Of a stretch of DNA of 64,000 nucleotides, positions 63,083-64,000 are shown in pieces (within the stretch, counting starts at the first letter, position 1; each line of letters opens with the position of its first letter). Made by a program: the position numbers and the translations under genes. This DNA is from Nanobdellota archaeon (lineage in GTDB: Archaea; Nanobdellota; Nanobdellia; PEZQ01), in the NCBI GenBank assembly GCA_018220985.1, contig JAAOXS010000021.1:24274-88273 (forward strand). The letters are read 5' to 3'. The notes beneath the pieces are model-generated. The model was not told the DNA's origin, did not search any database, and was given only the letters and a program-made list of their open reading frames with translations.

Positions 63083-64000
63083 ATGACTATGGATAAGCGT
63101 TACAACGTGGAAGAAACAGAAAAGAAATGGGCGAAAAAATGGGTTGAAAACAAAACTTACGAATTCGTAGAAACCAAGAAAAACTACGTAATCGATTCCC
63201 CACCACCATACCCTTACGTATCCTTACATGCTGGGAACTTTTTTAATTTCGCTTACCAAGATTTTGTGGCACGATACAAACGACTTAGAGGATTCTCAGT
63301 ATTACACCCTTGGGGTTGGGACTGTCATGGATTACCAGCTGAAATTTTTATAGAAAAAAAATATGGGAAAACCGCTGAAAAAATAGGCATTGAAGCATTC
63401 AAAGAACTATGCGAAAAACACATATTAGAAAACATTGAAAACATTCGCGAAAACCAAGCTCAAGTAATTGGGATGAGTGTTGACTGGAGTAAACAATATG
63501 CAACAATGACTGATGATTACAAAACTCGCGTCCAAAAATCCTTTCTTGAAATGGTAAAAAAAAAATACGTTTACAGAAAAGAAGCACCCGTATCATGGTG
63601 CGTGAGTTGCCATACAGCCATTGCAGAAGCGCAAACTGATAAAATAGAAAGAGAAACCAATTTTTACCACATAAACTTACCATTAAAAAACAAAAAAGGC
63701 TCAATAACAATTGCAACAACTCGACCTGAACTAATGCCCTCATGTGTCGCGGTCTTCGTTAACCCAAAAGATGAACGTTACAAAGAATTCATAGGAGAAA
63801 TAGTTAAAATACCCTTCTTCGGACAAGAAGTTAAAATAATCGCTGACGAGAAAGCAGACCCTGAATTCGGCACTGGCGCAGTTTACCACTGCACTTTTGG
63901 AGATAAAACTGACTGGGAATGGGTTGTAAAACACAAACTGCCAATAATAAAATCAATAGAAGAAAACGGAAAACTCAACGAAAACACGAAATTTTTAAAA
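63083..64000 (+). CDS. valS: valyl-tRNA synthetase, N-terminal 306 codons (continues beyond the window)
   Basis: Own translation: MTMDKRYNVEETEKKWAKKW...VIDSPPPYPYVSLHAGNFFNFAYQDFVARYKRLRGFSVLHPWGWDCHGLP...ATTRPELMPSCVAVFVNPKDERY...ADPEFGTGAVY. This is the ValRS pattern. It is absent from the ORF track because no stop falls within the window. Confidence 0.85.
   Translation, partial: MTMDKRYNVEETEKKWAKKWVENKTYEFVETKKNYVIDSPPPYPYVSLHAGNFFNFAYQDFVARYKRLRGFSVLHPWGWDCHGLPAEIFIEKKYGKTAEKIGIEAFKELCEKHILENIENIRENQAQVIGMSVDWSKQYATMTDDYKTRVQKSFLEMVKKKYVYRKEAPVSWCVSCHTAIAEAQTDKIERETNFYHINLPLKNKKGSITIATTRPELMPSCVAVFVNPKDERYKEFIGEIVKIPFFGQEVKIIADEKADPEFGTGAVYHCTFGDKTDWEWVVKHKLPIIKSIEENGKLNENTKFLK

Noticed and set aside
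1-64000. I looked for CRISPR arrays, rRNA genes, transposases/integrases and prophage hallmarks.
   Set aside because: I saw no regularly spaced direct repeats, no rRNA-like conserved stretches, and no DDE, tyrosine or serine recombinase motifs in any ORF.

Overview
This is an AT-rich (about one-third G+C by eye), densely coded 64-kb piece of an archaeal chromosome. It most likely comes from a small-genome, DPANN-like archaeon. That is an inference from two things: typical archaeal information-processing genes (Orc1/Cdc6, RadA, Hel308, XPD, NreA, NAC, L15e, L10e/uL16, an archaeal type-IV pilin), and many short orphan genes and large secreted repeat proteins alongside very little metabolism. 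I call about 70 protein genes, 3 tRNAs (Thr-UGU, Gly-UCC, Cys-GCA) and one candidate C/D-box sRNA. I saw no rRNA, CRISPR array, transposase or integrase. All family names come from motif recognition by eye, not from database searches.

Main finding: all three aminoacyl-tRNA-synthetase loci in the window (cysS, trpB2-trpS, valS) are preceded by a 9-10 codon mini-ORF. Each mini-ORF has the core S-D-x-P followed immediately by the codon for the cognate amino acid: MKSDCPCKE*, MSDYPWQKL*, MNLKSDRPVQ*. The shared DNA core is AGTGAT-NNN-CCC-NNN. Each mini-ORF ATG lies about 28-31 nt from an A/T-rich TATA-like box, which suggests leaderless translation. This looks like a family of leader or arrest peptides that sense charged-tRNA supply for aaRS genes. 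I know of no description of such a system in archaea.

Other notable items:
- A stand-alone Csa3-like CARF-wHTH regulator sits in an orphan-gene island, with a TTGTTAA heptamer array at its divergent promoter.
- A PEP-synthase-like protein has its phospho-histidine replaced by Lys.
- A UPF0175/PIN toxin-antitoxin-like pair carries extended domains on both proteins.
- A possible bacterial-type HPF/RaiA hibernation factor is present.
- A dCTP-deaminase/dUTPase-fold protein appears to be tandemly duplicated.
- A 1435-aa secreted protein combines Cys-knot-like modules with Trp-rich repeats, and an LRR gene fragment lies just downstream of it.
- There are several surface-protein operons with lipobox-like signal peptides.
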